From: Lophium mytilinum
Lineage: Eukaryota
Length of the DNA stretch: 64,000 bases
NCBI GenBank assembly: GCA_010093605.1
Contig: MU004192.1
Span: 752,882 to 816,881, forward strand
Reading direction: 5' to 3'
Below the pieces are notes generated by a model. The model did no database searches. It was not told the DNA's origin and saw only the letters and a list, made by a program, of their open reading frames with translations. Each line of letters starts with the position of its first letter. Positions within the stretch are counted from its first letter, which is position 1. The translations under genes were made by a program, and so were the position numbers. This document shows, piece after piece, positions 36,300 to 50,318 of this stretch.

Positions 36300-37400
36300 T
36301 AATTCTACTATCACATCTCGGAACACGGGGTCTAGTTCAGGCTCAACTCCACATCATTCATCGGAGAGCTCCTGAATTTCTTTGCCCCAGTCTTTCCAAT
36401 CCTACCAGTCCCCTTTTCAGCAGTTCAAAATCAGCGACGTGGCCGAGGAGGAAAGACTTGCTCAGTCCTACGTGCTGTCGAGAATGGATCTCGAACTGAT
36501 GGCTTCAAGCACGTGGACGAGGTATTGAGTGACGGTAGTCGACGGAGATACCGGCCCGGCACAAACATCCGCTGCGAGTTCGTCGAAGGACGATCCGGTC
36601 GTAATACGGCGAATGCAGGCTCAGTTTGGGATTCCGGAAGCGCCATCTCTTCCGCCCATTGTGTTGAATTGAATGCTTTCATCGAAGATTTGATCTTGGA
36701 GGTATACAGCTCCCATGGTATTGGAGTGCCTAAAGAATGGGCTGGCATCGTCCCATCCAACCAGATCGTTCAGGCCGATTTACCAGAAGCGTAGTAGATT
36801 GCTGAAGCCGCCGTCGTATGTGCTCTTCTAACCTCGATATACTGTAGCCACGTTGACTAATTCTCCGAGGTTGTAGCCCTCTTCTGGGTGATCTTGCTTG
36901 TTCGATTGCGGAGTTTTTGGGGGAGACCGAGATTCAGCACACAGTTGGCCAGACCGGCTTGATTATACTCAGGGACGGAAGACACAAGATTGGTGTCTAT
37001 CTGGTTGTCTAGCTAGTTGTTCTGCGTGCCTTCCATCTCGTGTGTGGTGAAGGCGGAAAGGCGGGCTCAGACATGGGAGCGATAGCTGTGTATTTCGTCG
37101 TTGGCAGCGGTGGGGTCGAGTTCTTCCAAGGAACTATCCGAGGTCGAGGCGTGCCATTTTGTCGTAGCCTATTGTATCCAGTCAACACGGTTCCCGAAGT
37201 CTTGTCCGGATTTAGCAAGGCGAAGAACTGTAGCCAGTTGATGAAAATACCATTCTTCATAAAGTAGAGAGTGGTGTCCTTAATAACGCCGTAGATCTTG
37301 AAATTATCTTCCCATATCGTCGTGTCCACCGAGTGTATGTTGTGTGTCCTAAACAAGAAATATAGTTTGCCTAAATAGCTCTACGAGCCTAGCCTATGCA
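36300..37400 (-). pseudogene. Possible decayed gene of unknown family
   Basis: Protein-like minus-strand frames (e.g. HSLLYEEWYFHQLATVLRLAKSGQDFGNRVDWIQ*..., GYNLGELVNVATVYRG*KSTYDGGFSNLLRFW*IGLNDLVGWDD) are broken by stops. Family not recognised. Confidence 0.25.
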
Positions 37401-40400
37401 GTCAGCTCAACTTTCCTGCTTTGTGGACTAGAGCGTTCCTCTACCGCCGCAACAACAGAGGTAGATCTATGGGTTGTCATTGAACGGCCGCTAGCCTTCC
37501 TGAAGGCGTAGTTCACTCCCTGAGCTGAGGGGGCACGAGCGAGAGAGTAAAGAGAATGCCTTCGAATTAATCTATGAGACGTAGTGAGCATGCAAGAGCA
37601 CTTACCCTGGGGTTCCTCCGTCTAAAGGGTGGTGTGTCTCGGATTGTCCTACCTTCTGAACGGACCAGTCGAGGTAAATGGACGCTTCGAGGTCCCTAAG
37701 ATCATTAGTAGGTCTATCGAAGTCATGGGAGGGCGGCAGGGTTTTCTTTGTGTCTAGTCCGCTCTGCGAGTGTATTTGAGGAAGGCGAACAGAGACCTGC
37801 GTACGTCGCATAGGAGGGCTCTTTGGAGATGCGGTGATTGTTTGTAGCTACTTACAGTGACTGGTCATACAAAAGGATGGGGGATGTGAACGTGGTGTCC
37901 AGTGAGCGGGCTGAACCGCTGGATTTGAGGCCGGTGATGTGGCCAAACCCCAGCCTCTCCGCCTCCCTCCACGATGTTTTGAACCACAAAAATCGATGGG
38001 CACAATGCTATCAGTACGCTGGCAGTGATCTTCAAGATACCCAGTAGCATGGCAGCGTCTCTGCGGCTAATTGGGGACTTACAGTGTGTCCTTCGCTCCC
38101 GGCTTGGAGTTGGCGCTCGAGATATCTCCCGGGCCGCTCTCCAAGACGTAGTTGGTGCCGCCCCGGAGACTCAACCTCCACCAGACGGACAGCGATAGAG
38201 ACACATTTTCACTCACCGATGGCAAATAAAACTAACGTAGGCAATTCTTTGATAGAGCTGATCCTTCTGACGGAGAAGAACATGTGTAACAAAGTCTCGC
38301 CTTTCTGATCACCACCTCGGCGTCAGAGGCACCCCCGAACCCCATCTCAATACCAAGGCACGCAGTTTGGCACACACGGAATCGAGATACTGGCAACACC
38401 ACGTCCATCTCTTCAGGATCCGACAGTTGGTTCCGTCTCCTGATGACCCGGCCGGGAGGGCAATGAAGACGTTTGACCGCTTACTCCTTGGCCACTACCA
38501 CCCTCTCGAAGCAGAGGGCGACACCAGATACATCAGCTCGCTAACTAGGATTGATTAGCACGTACTCATAGGCGGAAACCAGGCAGATCTTACAGACAAC
38601 TGACGAGATGCAGGCAACACATGCTCGTGGAGTCTCTTCGCCACAGCCCGCAAGGGGTACCCGGGCAGCCACCATTGGCTTTTAATCATAACTGATTCGT
38701 CAAGGTACTCGAACACCCCCTAGCTCCCGCTGTGTGCTGCGGCACGGAATGGCTAGCCCAGCCAGGTGCTGCAGCCCCCTCACGGGAGTCGATGCCACGA
38801 ACAGCAAATCGAGACGCAACGCTGGTGCCCACAGGCCACCCCTAACCGGGCCCAGAGTCTTCCCATACCTCTGACAAACGAATGCCAATCCGTTGAAGAT
38901 CGACATTACATCTGACTTTGGTTTGGAGAGACATGATCGGAGCTACACAAGGCTAGAGCTTCCCACGGCATGTCTGTGCCACATCTTCATATCTGCCCCA
39001 GGCAAGCACAGTACGACTTACTAAAAGGCCAGGAAAGAAGAAGTCCATGAAGGGAATAAGGAAGGGGCATAATCGCAAATGGAGAAAGTCTTGGTAACCC
39101 ATTTCTAAAAGAGCTAGGAAGACATGGTGTCCACGGTATAGCAATATGTATTTCTGGTCCTCATTCGCATCATTACTGGAGAGACTGAAGTCTCAACATA
39201 CCGGCAGCACCCGCGTCTGCTCCCTGTGAAGGCATAGTAGCTCGCAGGGCCGACAGTCAGCGATCTGGGATGTCTGGGATGTCTGGACTCCCCAACACAC
39301 TCTCGCTTCTGATGCAATTAATGCTCGGCCAGCTCTGAAATGCGGGGTCTGGGGCCTGTCACTTGGCGGTGGCAGCAAGCGGTGGGAACACTTGCATTCG
39401 GATGCATGAGTTCCCACAGTTCCTTGGGATTCTAAACACCATGTACGCCATTTGGAATTGACCTCTAGAGTCCTAGCGGTTGACAGGCATGATAATCGAC
39501 GGAGAATCCCCACGAGTCCTGTACCAGCCAAGATGGTCCAATGTGGCTCTCGGGCAGAGGCCCCACTCCTGGATCACGTTGCACGGCTATAGCGTATAGC
39601 AAGAGGAGGAGCTCGTGGATGCTGCACAGAACGTGGCTACAGAAGCGTTGTTGGGCTAGGCCTATGCCTGGCAGACGATCAACCAGCTGCGAGGCGGGAA
39701 ACGGTGTTCGATGACCACAGGGAGCGCGTGATACCTTTGTTTGCCGCGGCGCTGAGGTCCACCCCCCCGACGCTTCATTGTCTCCGCACTCAGGCCGATC
39801 CGGGTATGGTGGATGGCTCATCCGCCGCCTGAAGCGAACAATGGCGTGCAGGAAGGCTGGCAGCCCGCTGAAAGGAGGTCCTGGGGGCGGCGGCAACCGA
39901 GCAGATGCTGGTCTGCAGAAACGGCACAGAGCAGCGCAAAGAGGGGCTTCTGATCCTGGAGGTGTGGTGCACCCTGGCCACGGCCGTTAGGGGGGTCTCA
40001 CGACTCTGTTTGATGAGGAGTTCGATAGCCTGTTGAGGAGGGAGGATGTCACGATACGCAGAGACGTTCGATGGTGATTTGCCAGTCTGTCCCGCGGCGC
40101 GGTCTCCTGTCGCCCCCGCCGGCGGGCTTTCAAATTGCAGGCGTTCGTCCCAAATTGTGTCCGGCTAGACTGATGTTGGCCTGGCCTTCTCCGCATTTCC
40201 TCTCTGCCCAAGGGCCCCAAGCCCCTGACCCATGGCTGGGCCGTGCGAGCTGCAGCAAGCCTCAAAGGCGTTGCCTGTCTGCGCTCTCCGACCTCTCACC
40301 ACCTCTGTGATGAGCGTTCTGTCTCCAGCCCTGCTTCCTACAAAGCTGGGATTCCCCCCTCGCCCGCTGCTGGACGAGCCGAAGGACTTTGCTTTGTCTC

Positions 40401-42765
40401 CGGCTCGATACTTCTGCTGTCCAGTGTAGCATCCATCGAGTTGCCAGCGCACTTGCCGCGGACGCTGCTGTTGTTCCCCACAGCTCTTGCGATCTCGAGG
40501 GAGTCGAACCACCCGTCCCAGGCCAGGCCATCGACTGCCAGCGCTCCTCCTCTGCGCTTCTGCCCTCGCCCTCCTTGCATCGCGTCGCTCGGCACCCGGA
40601 GCGACAATATGCGCCCTCGTTAATCCTTGGATCTCCAGCACGTCTGGTTCGGATCGACGAGAGGTTCAGCGCGGCGCCAGGCCGTGGCGTTTCCCCACAT
40701 TCTTTCCCGGTGACTACCAGCTGGTGCCATTCTGTGCCACGACTGATGTCCAGTGTATACCGTCTCTTTTTTCCATCCACGATTCTGCGCGCTTTGAAAG
40801 ACTAGGGATAGACTGGTTGAAGACTTCTGGCGTATCATTACGGCTTCGTTGAGGTAAATGACCGGCGACGTGGCGCGGCCCCTGTCGACCATTCGATTAT
40901 TTGTTCCCTGGCTCACAGTAATATTAGCTTTTTTCTGCAATCAAAAAATTGTTTCGATACAGTACGAATAGGAAGCTTTTGTCGTAATCAGTAGAACTCG
41001 GTCGGTTAGGTAAGATCCCCCGTGCGTTGTTCCCATCGCGCTTCTCCCCTCTTCCGCCGCAGGTAGAAGTGCGCGACAAGGCATTAGATGTCTTGGTGCT
41101 GACAGCAATCGTAGGTAATCTGACTGGTGGTTTAGATAGAGGTTTTGGCCCTAAGATATCCCCGGCTTCGTTGTTTTTGGTAGAAAAGTGTTCCTGTTTT
41201 CAGGTAAGCAGCTCTCCTTAGACCGAAGGTAAGAGTGCTCCCAGCCCTCCCAGCTGTCCCTCTAGACTTGCACGGCTTCGCGGATCGGGCACCGCGATAC
41301 AGAGAACTCATCTGCGCCTCTCGTATCCTGTTGTCGGTGTTGTGGCGGTGAGGTGGTCGTGGTGTTGAGGATAGGTGTGCGGGCTCGTCGCAGCGCCCTG
41401 GCATCTCCTTGCCCCTGTGCAGCAGGTTCTCCCTTTCAGCTCCGCATTTCGACCATCGTGCCTGTGAGAGGAGAGTCTGGAGAACAGCTCCGACTGTTCT
41501 GAGGCCTGAATCTCGTGGGTGTGGTGCGTCAAAGGGAGGAGTTGTATTGGGCGCGGGCTTCAGCACGGCCGTGATATCTGGGGGCAACGAGCAGATCGCG
41601 CACCCTTCTTTGTCACATACAAACTTCTCTCCCGCCTGGTCATTGTCTCTCAAGCCTCTATCTTCTCTAAGCTCTCTTCGAGTGCAGTATCAAGGGCGCC
41701 CACTAAGCAGGGCGTGCATTATAGTATTTCGCAGAGCCCCCCGACGCTCCAACCCGACCCACGCACGAGCAACCTCACGATACCCAGGAGGGCGGCGTGC
41801 CTGCCCCCAACGAATCCACTAGTGCCGTCTCGTCGCACACAAAAGCTCGTCCGCTTCATCTCCCTCACCCCACCTCCACCCCTTTCTCATCACCCTCATC
41901 TACCCACACAACTCGTTCATCAGCACTTCTTCGTGCAATCTCTCCCGCTGATCGCTGCTCGCTCTGCTCATTGCTTGTGCTCGACGGTTGCAAGGCACGT
42001 TCCTCAGCCTGAGGATCCAGCGCGGTGGCCTGAGTGATCTTTTCACTCTTCCGCGAAGAGTCCGTCAAGAGTCATCGACGGCATCAATCCTGCCCTTGCA
42101 AGTCCATTGCACCTCGTCGATGACGTGACAGGTAAGCACCCCCATCATCTTGCCGCCCTCTTTGGTCAGCCAGACGTGCCTGCGTCATGGTCCACCTGCT
42201 CACATCCTCTCAGCCCGCACCACCAACCCCGCCAGCCGCGTTTGCCATCCACACAGCACGTCGCTTGAAAGCCACAGGCAATTGGTAAGTCTCTATCTTC
42301 GCACTCCTTCAGCTTCGTGTTGCTGACCCTCACGGCCAGCGTTCTCGTTTGACGAGTTCGGCACGTGTGGCTCCACAGCTGTGACCGCCATTTACATTCG
42401 ATATATCAACACAAGTCTATCAAATACTTCCTTAATCACCAGATCAATCTAGAAGCCTGTTACACGAGGTAAGTCATTCCAGCATTTGCCAAGTCTCCCG
42501 CCCTGCCTTTCTGACGCTGCATCCAGCTTCTGCACCTACTTACCTCCAGATCTCTGCATCTACGTGCTCTTCTAGAGAAAGACGAGCTCTTTCACAGACT
42601 CAAGAAATCTCTACTCGAAGACTAAACTTGCAATCATCTCTCTGCGTTTCACGGGGGTGACTACGATCGCCTAGTAGACTTTTCGACCAATCTCAAGACC
42701 CCTAGAAAGACCACCATTCATCTCTCTATTCATTTTCAACAGCGCTCAAGCGGCCAACCTTCAAC

Positions 42766-45700
42766 ATGTCGCACGCGTACAAAAAGCCCACTCAGTCATT
42801 TCCTAGCATTGCTGGAGCAAGATCAGACAAGCAGCAGGCTCGCCGTCCGACACCAGACTCGGAGGTGCTCGCGTCTTCTGACGAAGACGCTAGCGAGCAC
42901 GTGCTCACTCGGGTCAAGTCCAACCCGCTGGCTGCACGTCGCCAGTCTTCCTCATGGCTAAATGACATTCAACCGCACCGAAAGGTCTCACTCGGCGGAG
43001 CCTCGCAGACCGGCAATTCCCAGCCTCCCACCCCGGTTACCGAACAAGGCATGAACCAACCACGCGCTGGACCAGCCAGCTTCCCATGGAACGCGGGCGT
43101 CTTCACCTCAACCCGAGACGGCCTGCCCTCGCCCACCCAGCAAGAACAAGCTGATCCCACGATCGGGTTCCTACTCAACCAGAAACCTGTCCGAAAGGCG
43201 GTGCGCTCGCTCTCATACTCCGTCGGTCAACAAGACGACGAGTCCGCTTCGCCAAACCCCAGCGCCCACTTCGCTGGCCGCGGTTCTCGTGTGAACTCGA
43301 CCTCCGTCCGCCACAGGCCATCAAAGCCGAGCCTTCTCGGCGAGGCCCCTCTGGACTCCACCGGTCTTCCCCAGCTCTTGGAAGACGACGACGACGTCAA
43401 CAGCAATTCGAACGAATCGGAGGGTGGTCTCAAGCTACCAGCTTCATATTGGGGAAAACCAGACACGACTGCCGAGGGGTCATCGAACGCGCTCTTACGT
43501 CAAGCTGCGGAACAAAACGCGCGTGCACGACACCGCGCTTCAGCCACAGGCTCGCCGCCCGCCTACAATCGCCGCAAGACCGCTGGCCCAACTCGAGGAC
43601 TATCCTTGACCGAGTTCGACTCCGCCATTGAGGAGATGGAAGATCAGATGGAGGAGCTCGCTGCGTACAGACGCTACAGCGAGCATGCCGTTGGTCTCGG
43701 CGCCGGCCTCGACCGCATCTCGACTGATACTGGAATTATGGACAGTCCGAAGAAGCCTCACTGGACCACATCGCTCAATTTCGGCGACCCCTTTGACACA
43801 CATTCCAGACGCCATTCGTTCGCCGATGTGAAGAGCCACCAGAGCTCGAAGATGGTCAACAAACTTGAAAACACCGATGAAGAGGAAGGCGACCCCATGT
43901 CGCCTGGTTCTCGATTCAGACACCAGAGTGAGTATGAACAGTTCATTACCATGTCAAACGCCGTCGACAAGGACCGGAAGAAAGCCGAAAAGGAGGCTTA
44001 CACGTACGCGTCCGAGTACTTCGACGGCACCGCCCCCAAGGTTCGAAAATTCAACGAAATGCTAATCAGCGCAATGCACCCAGATCCTTACGAGGAGGAC
44101 ATGCCCGGACCGTCCAACACCAGCAATCCGTATGCTGTGCCCGAGGTCATCAACCGCCCGACCCGCCGCTTTTACATGGTGGCTTTCAAATGCTCGCGAT
44201 CGGACGTGTACTACCTTCCTGAGAACACCGGACTGGAGCTCCAACAGGGAGACATGGTCGTCACCGAAGGAGACAGGGGCATAGACCTCGGAACTGTTAC
44301 CCATGCCGACGTTACTTTGACAGAGGCCAAGCGATTCAAGGAGATTGCTGCCATCGAACACTTCCGCTGGCTTATGATGTTCTCGCGTCACGCCATCAAC
44401 AATGGCAGCCTCTATCCTGGCCCGGACGGCATGCTGGCCGCTAGTCACCAGCCCCTTGCTACAGCCCTCGGGCACGTTGGTGCCGGTGCAAACACGCTCA
44501 CTGCACAATACCTCGCAGGAGTCGATATGGAGCTGAAGCCCAGGATCATCCGACGTGTCGCTGCGAACCACGAGGTGCAGGTACTTCGCGAGAAGGAAGG
44601 CAGCGAGGCAAAGGCGAAGCGTATCTGCCAGGCGAAGGTTGCTGAGCACGGCCTGAACATGGAAATTCTCGATGCAGAATATCAGCTGTAGGTCTACTTG
44701 ATCTTCTCCCGCGTATCATTCTCTAACCTTTTCGCAGTGATTACAAGAAGCTGACGTTCTACTACTACGCCGACGCGTACATCAACTTCAACGAGCTCGT
44801 TACAGACTTGTTCAAAGTCTACAAGACTCGTATCTGGATGTCCGCGGTCAATCCCGCATCCTTCGCGTCAGCTATCGGAACCACCATCCCACCTCCATCC
44901 GCCATTGGCCCTGGCGCAATCGGATCCAAGAGTGCCCGTTCTACTGCTCCGAGGACATTGCCGCAGGACTTCAACGCTCCTTTAACCTCTGCCCCGCTGC
45001 CCATGGGACTTGGATATACTCGCCCTTTCCAGTACAACATCGACAACGATGAGTTCGGCTCTTGTATGTTCTCCCTACCATCTGGCTTCTATTTCCTTCG
45101 CCTCGTTACTAATCTGTCACAGATCGCGACAAAGTCAGTATGATGGAGGACGCGAAGAAGATACGGGAGGGCTTAATGCCCTTTAATCCTCCAGGCTTCG
45201 ACGCGTTGAATTACCGACTTCCCGAAGCGACTCCGAACCCCCAACCAGGCATCAACCATTATGCCCCGTCGGGCAGCCAGTATTCCGCGTTTGAGCACCA
45301 GGTGCCTCGAAACTACCCGGTCCCTACGGGTGGCTACATGTTTGGTGCCGATCGACCTCAGATGCACTGGGACCCCCAAGCTCAACAAGCACAAGGGTTC
45401 AACGCCCCTATCGCTCAGAACCAGTATCGACAGCAGGTGGCGACCTCACGTCCGTCGCCTACTATTGGTGTTAGTGGACTAGCCCAGGGAGGTTATCCAA
45501 CATCCTCGCATCCGTCCCCGGTGCCATCGATGGGGTCGTTTCCTCCCCCAGGAAACTACGCAGGCTTCTCGCGGCCATCTCCACTAGCCGGTCTGACAGT
45601 CTTGTCGCCCCCAAATGCGACGTTCAATTCTTCGTACGGACGGACGCCAACGACGGCGAATGCTTCTTACGGACGTGAGAACATGCCAACCAACCCTCAG

Positions 45701-45910
45701 TATGGACGAGCAAACGTGGTCGGCAATTCTGCTTACGGCTATGGGCATGCAACCTCGTCCGCTGCATATCCCACATACACCGCGTCGTCGTTCGGCCCAG
45801 AAGCGTCCGGCCACAACGGACAGGCTCGCAGCTTCTATCCCAACGAAGACTGGACGAGTCGCATGGGCGAACTTGACCTGTCCTCCGAGAAGCGCAAACC
45901 TTCCAAGTGA
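42766..45910 (+). CDS. PSP1: PSP1 C-terminal-domain protein; coding exons 42766-44687, 44738-45063, 45123-45910
   Basis: VAFKCSRSDVYY, GDMVVTEGDRGIDLGTV and EAKAKRICQAKVAEHGLNMEILDAEYQLDYKKLTFYYYADAYINFNELVTDLFKVYKTRIWM. The introns restore the frame. Confidence 0.88.
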
Positions 45911-46261
45911 TCATCGGCGGTTTCATCTCCATTCGGAGTCCCAGCTTGATTACTCGGGCTACGTCACCGGCCTTTGCTTGCCTCTAACTGCTTATACTTT
46001 GCTTTCTCAATGAGCTCCCCGAGCCGTTCATCCTCTTTCATCACAGTCCTTGCGGACGGCACTGGCCTCACAGACTCACATGCAGCTGGAGAAGGCTTTT
46101 CACTACTTCACATGGTCAAATTTGCTTCACTTCCTTTTCCTATATTCCCCTCCCCATATTCCCCTTTCCCAAAATGGTGCTTGATGAGTCATCGGCGTGG
46201 TTTTCCTTACTTTCTTTCTTTCTTTCACGAAATGCATGCAGAATGGACGGATCAGCGGACA

Positions 46262-46323
46262 GGTCATCAGAGTGGTCATCAGAATGGTCATCAGAGTGGT
46301 CATCAGAGTGGTTATCAGAGTGG
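46262..46323. repeat. 12-bp tandem repeat (GGTCATCAGAGT)x5 in the probable PSP1 3' UTR
   Basis: Five near-perfect units are directly visible. Confidence 0.9.
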
Positions 46324-46913
46324 CTCTTATATGATTTCAGCGAATATGGGTTGCATCATGCAAATAAGAGGATGGGCAGGACAATCATCGGCGAGCATAC
46401 TCCTTCACTTGATCGAGTATGAGATTGCAATTTGCAAGATAGCTGAAGACTTCCGGAATAATTCCTTATGCACTGCTTTCTGTACCTTGCTTAAATGTGA
46501 ATGCGCCCGACCTCACTGCATGCGATGTGCTCTTGACAATGTTGCTCGTTCTTGTGATGGAAGATGTGCTATGAAGAGCGAAGCGACTTTCACGCCAACG
46601 CTTGAGTGAGTGAATGCGCAATTCTTCGCAGTCACGAGTTTCCATAGACCTCGCTTCTCAACGCCGCCAAAACAGCAGCTTCCTATGTCACGGTGGAAAG
46701 TTCTTTAGTGCCTTGATGGCAAGGCAGGCGCTTGATGCTCACTGGAGGGTAGCTATGGGGGAGGACATCACCAAATGCGATCATCATCAGACACTCCAAA
46801 AATCCGTGCGCAAGCGCCATCATAAACGAGCAACGAAGTACCATTACGCATCCGCATCTTTTCATTTTTAAGCGAGCAGACAACGTCCAACCCCATCCCT
46901 CAACCCCACGCAG

Positions 46914-47262
46914 TCACCGCACCCCCTCAAACTGACTCCCCACGCCCATCAAATCCAGCTTCAGCGCCCGCACCGGCCACACACACTCCGACCCCACCCT
47001 CTTCATGCCCAACCGCGGCTCGACCCCGACCCCAGCCTCCGACCGGCAACACACCACTGACGAGCTGCGACTGCGCGAGGAGCGCTGTGCGGACCAGGAT
47101 AGGTAGATGGCGAGCACGGTGCTGGTGTCCGGTCTGCCGTAGTGCGCGAGGCTGCGGCGGGATATCCGGGGCGAGCGGAGGCGGAGTGGGCCTGGGTGTG
47201 GGTTAGTTTTGTGCGGGTGGCTTGCTAGGGGGCGGGAGGGATGGCTAACCGAGTCTGGACAT
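46914..47262 (-). CDS. Putative small basic orphan protein (96 aa); exons 47262-47250, 47191-46914
   Basis: AACCATG start, then a 58-nt intron GTTAGC...ACTAAC...CCCAG that joins in phase to the open minus-strand frame. Confidence 0.5.
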
Positions 47263-50200
47263 GGTTGGGATGGGAGGACGAGGTTTTTGGCGGGGGGTTT
47301 GGGGAGGCGGTGATGGAGGCTGGGAGGTGGTTGTTGACGGAGAGGAAGTCGAGTTCTGATGCGAGGGGATGTGATGGAGGATGTGGTGGTGGTGGAGGGA
47401 AAGTGAGGCGGGGAGTTTGGCGGCTGATAGGCTCTCCAGGGGGGCGGGGTGCGTGTGTGTGTGACTGGGGAAGGGGTATTCTGCGGGGTGGGATTGAAAT
47501 TATTTTCATGTGTGAAAGGGGGGGTTGAGGTGTGTTTATGATGGCAGAAGCTGATATATGCCAACCATGTGAGGAAAAAGCCGAAGACGTGGAAGAGCCA
47601 TGCGTAGTCAGAACAACTTACATATCAAACACCCAGCAGACCTCTTTGCTTGGCGCGTAGAGCCCTTACCCCTTCGCCCTCAAAGTAGTCGCGATATCTG
47701 AGAGCCGCATTACCGACAGCCCGGGCGACGACTCATCCGCTTCATCTTACCTCACACCCACCGCCTGGCAATCACCGACTGATACAGGCATCTCCCTACG
47801 GCGGCGTACCCCGCGAACATCCGATACTTGCTTTCTATGCTTGAATCAAGTTCAAAGCCAGCGCCAGCTCACCTCAGCTGCGTTGGGAAATGAGATCAGA
47901 AATCTAACGAACTTGACTGGATGCTGGGGCGGGGAATGCGGAGGTATCGGCTGATAGTTCTCTTGGAAATGAAACGCGCGCCGCTGGCATCGCTCACCGG
48001 AAGAGGGGTCAAGCGTGTCGACGCGATAAGAATTCGAAAATAGCATTTCGCGGGTCGGATGGGATTGTTGGGGTGCGGCCAGCTCCACGGCGATCGGCAG
48101 CAAGACCGCATAATCGATTGCATGCGGCTTGCCGAGCTGGGAGCCATGCGCGGCCAGGTGCAGTGCGTGTTCCTGGTCTCCTGGCCAGAAAAATTTTCAC
48201 AGCTCTTATCTTGTGGTCAGATTGATATCAGCGCTCGATGATACCCCGTGCAGACACAGCGTCGACTCAGATCTAAGGCAGCGGTGGATGAGCTGTCGTT
48301 CGGCCCCCTGGCCCATTGGCGGGGTCTTGAGGATGCCGTGGGTATCTCTACAGCTTCGAGGGAGCAGAGGAGTGTCGTACCACCACTGCCGCTGTGTCTG
48401 CTGTATTGGGAGCAGATACGCGAGAGCAGAGCGTGCTTGGTTCCGCCCTGCGGCGGCGTTGGAGGTGCAACCATCAGTGGAGCTGTCCGTCCCCGCTCCA
48501 CAAAAGCCTTAGCCACAGCACCGAGATATACAGGGCCCCGTGGCGTCGATCGTGTTGCGTTATCAGTTACACGGTAGCATCACCATCCCAGCAGGTGGCA
48601 GCCAGACATGGAGCTGGGCGTGCTGAGGTTGCAGCAAGGCATCTTTCCCACAGCACCGACCTTGGGATGGCTGTGCGGAAGTATCGGAGTAAAGCAATGA
48701 TTTGAAAGAGACAGAAAGAAGAAAATAACAACCCTGTAATGCGGGGGAGACAGGCCGTCAGGCACACTGTGGCACTGTGGCGCCTAAACTCCACAATGCC
48801 GAGCCAATGCCTGGGTACACACTGGTAGCTGCTGACACTTGTCCTTTGGAAATAGTAAGCACCTATGTTCTTGGGTGATTTACATCCAACACCGTCAGCT
48901 GGTCTTACATCAACTCCCTTTGGTCTCGATGACGAAGTCAGCCTTGACAAATCTCGGCTGCTCGCAATCCCGCGGCGTCGGCGTCTACATCGAGCATCGC
49001 GACCCGTTTGCCTACTCGGGTCGGGCTCATGAAGAGTTGTTGCCTTCCACATGTCGCGGCGGCGGGGCCCAACGCCCGCCGGCCAGATACCTGCAGGCGT
49101 CTCAGGCCGACATGTACGTAAGTCGAGTCGAGTCCTCGAAATCGGATGCCGAGCGAGGCGATAGATCTGGCCATGGGTTGTTACTCAACTCCGCACGCAA
49201 CAGTGGCACGGCGCAAACGGATGAGCCGACCTGTGGCTCAGTAAGAATCTGCACGCCCAGAGATGCCCAGGCTGAGACAAAGTCTGAGGCGTTGTATATC
49301 CTGCACATTGCTTTTTGTCGCGGAAATACCGCACCTCTCAACTGCATCTTGTCGGGCCACGCACGCAACGTGCTGCCAAGTCTTGAAGTGTGCTAAAACC
49401 TCCGCGCGATGTCGAACATCGAACGTATCCGGAACACGAGATACCGAGACACGGAGGTTTCAATCGTCGAACTCACCTGCTTCTAGAATTAGGGTTTGGA
49501 ATCATCGAGCCGATAGCTGCATGCCGAGCACGAAAGAGAACACGAGTGCCACCTTAGCCCGAAACGTCGGCAGGCTGTCAAAAATTGGTGTCCGAGACGT
49601 AGACGCGAACGCGAGAAAGTGAGACGCGAAGCCTGAGTTGCGGTTAATAAGAAAGTCCGGCCGGCCCCTGTGGCTCAGCCCTGGAACTCTCGTCCCAATC
49701 CATCAACCCAGCCACCAACACCAAACACCAGCCACTCACCTCCTCAGCTTCTGCAAAATTTTCTCTGAGCCGGGGCTTGGGGATGCTCGGCCTCGGACGT
49801 GTTCAAGAAGCCGCGCCGGGGTGCTAGATGATTGTGCAGGTTGATGGGCTGGTCATTGGACGCGCAGTCGCATCCGGCGTGGCTGTGCAGGACGTATCCA
49901 ATATTGGCGACTCTGGAGGTCTCGGCCTTGGCAGCCTGATGGATCCGGCGAGGCAGCGTTGCAGTTGGCGTGGAGGTGGTGCACGGTGGGGGTTTGGGCA
50001 TCCCCGTTGTGTCGTAAGCACCGCGACCCCTGTTGGTCGAGTAATAAGTTCGGGAAGAATTGAATAATGAGTTGGTATAGAGTATAGATTGGACGTATAT
50101 GTGATGCTTTTAGACGAAAATACACCCATAAGAATATCATCTAAATGCTCCCTCCAACTCCTGTAATGCGTAGGAAATCTAATAGGGAGACGAACAGTGA

Positions 50201-50318
50201 GAAAACCTCCGTCAAAAACGCGCCGAAGCTGCAGAACGCCTATCCTCACGCGCCATCCTATAGGCGCCAGCACCTCTTTTCCCTTCCAGAACGCCAGCCA
50301 CAAACTGCAAACCCCTTC

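Noticed and set aside
39465..41822. Overlapping 100-170-aa ORFs upstream of PSP1
   Set aside because: R/A/P/S-rich translations typical of GC-rich regulatory DNA, with no recognisable domain.
46262..46323. CRISPR-like array
   Set aside because: Head-to-tail 12-mers without spacers, in a eukaryotic genome.
45974..46609. 211-aa ORF containing GHQS repeats
   Set aside because: Probable PSP1 3' UTR. It has a non-ATG start, and the repeats come from the 12-bp minisatellite.
47600..50300. Short ORFs including the 185-aa 48839-49396
   Set aside because: Non-ATG starts, no splice support and no domain signal. Likely intergenic.
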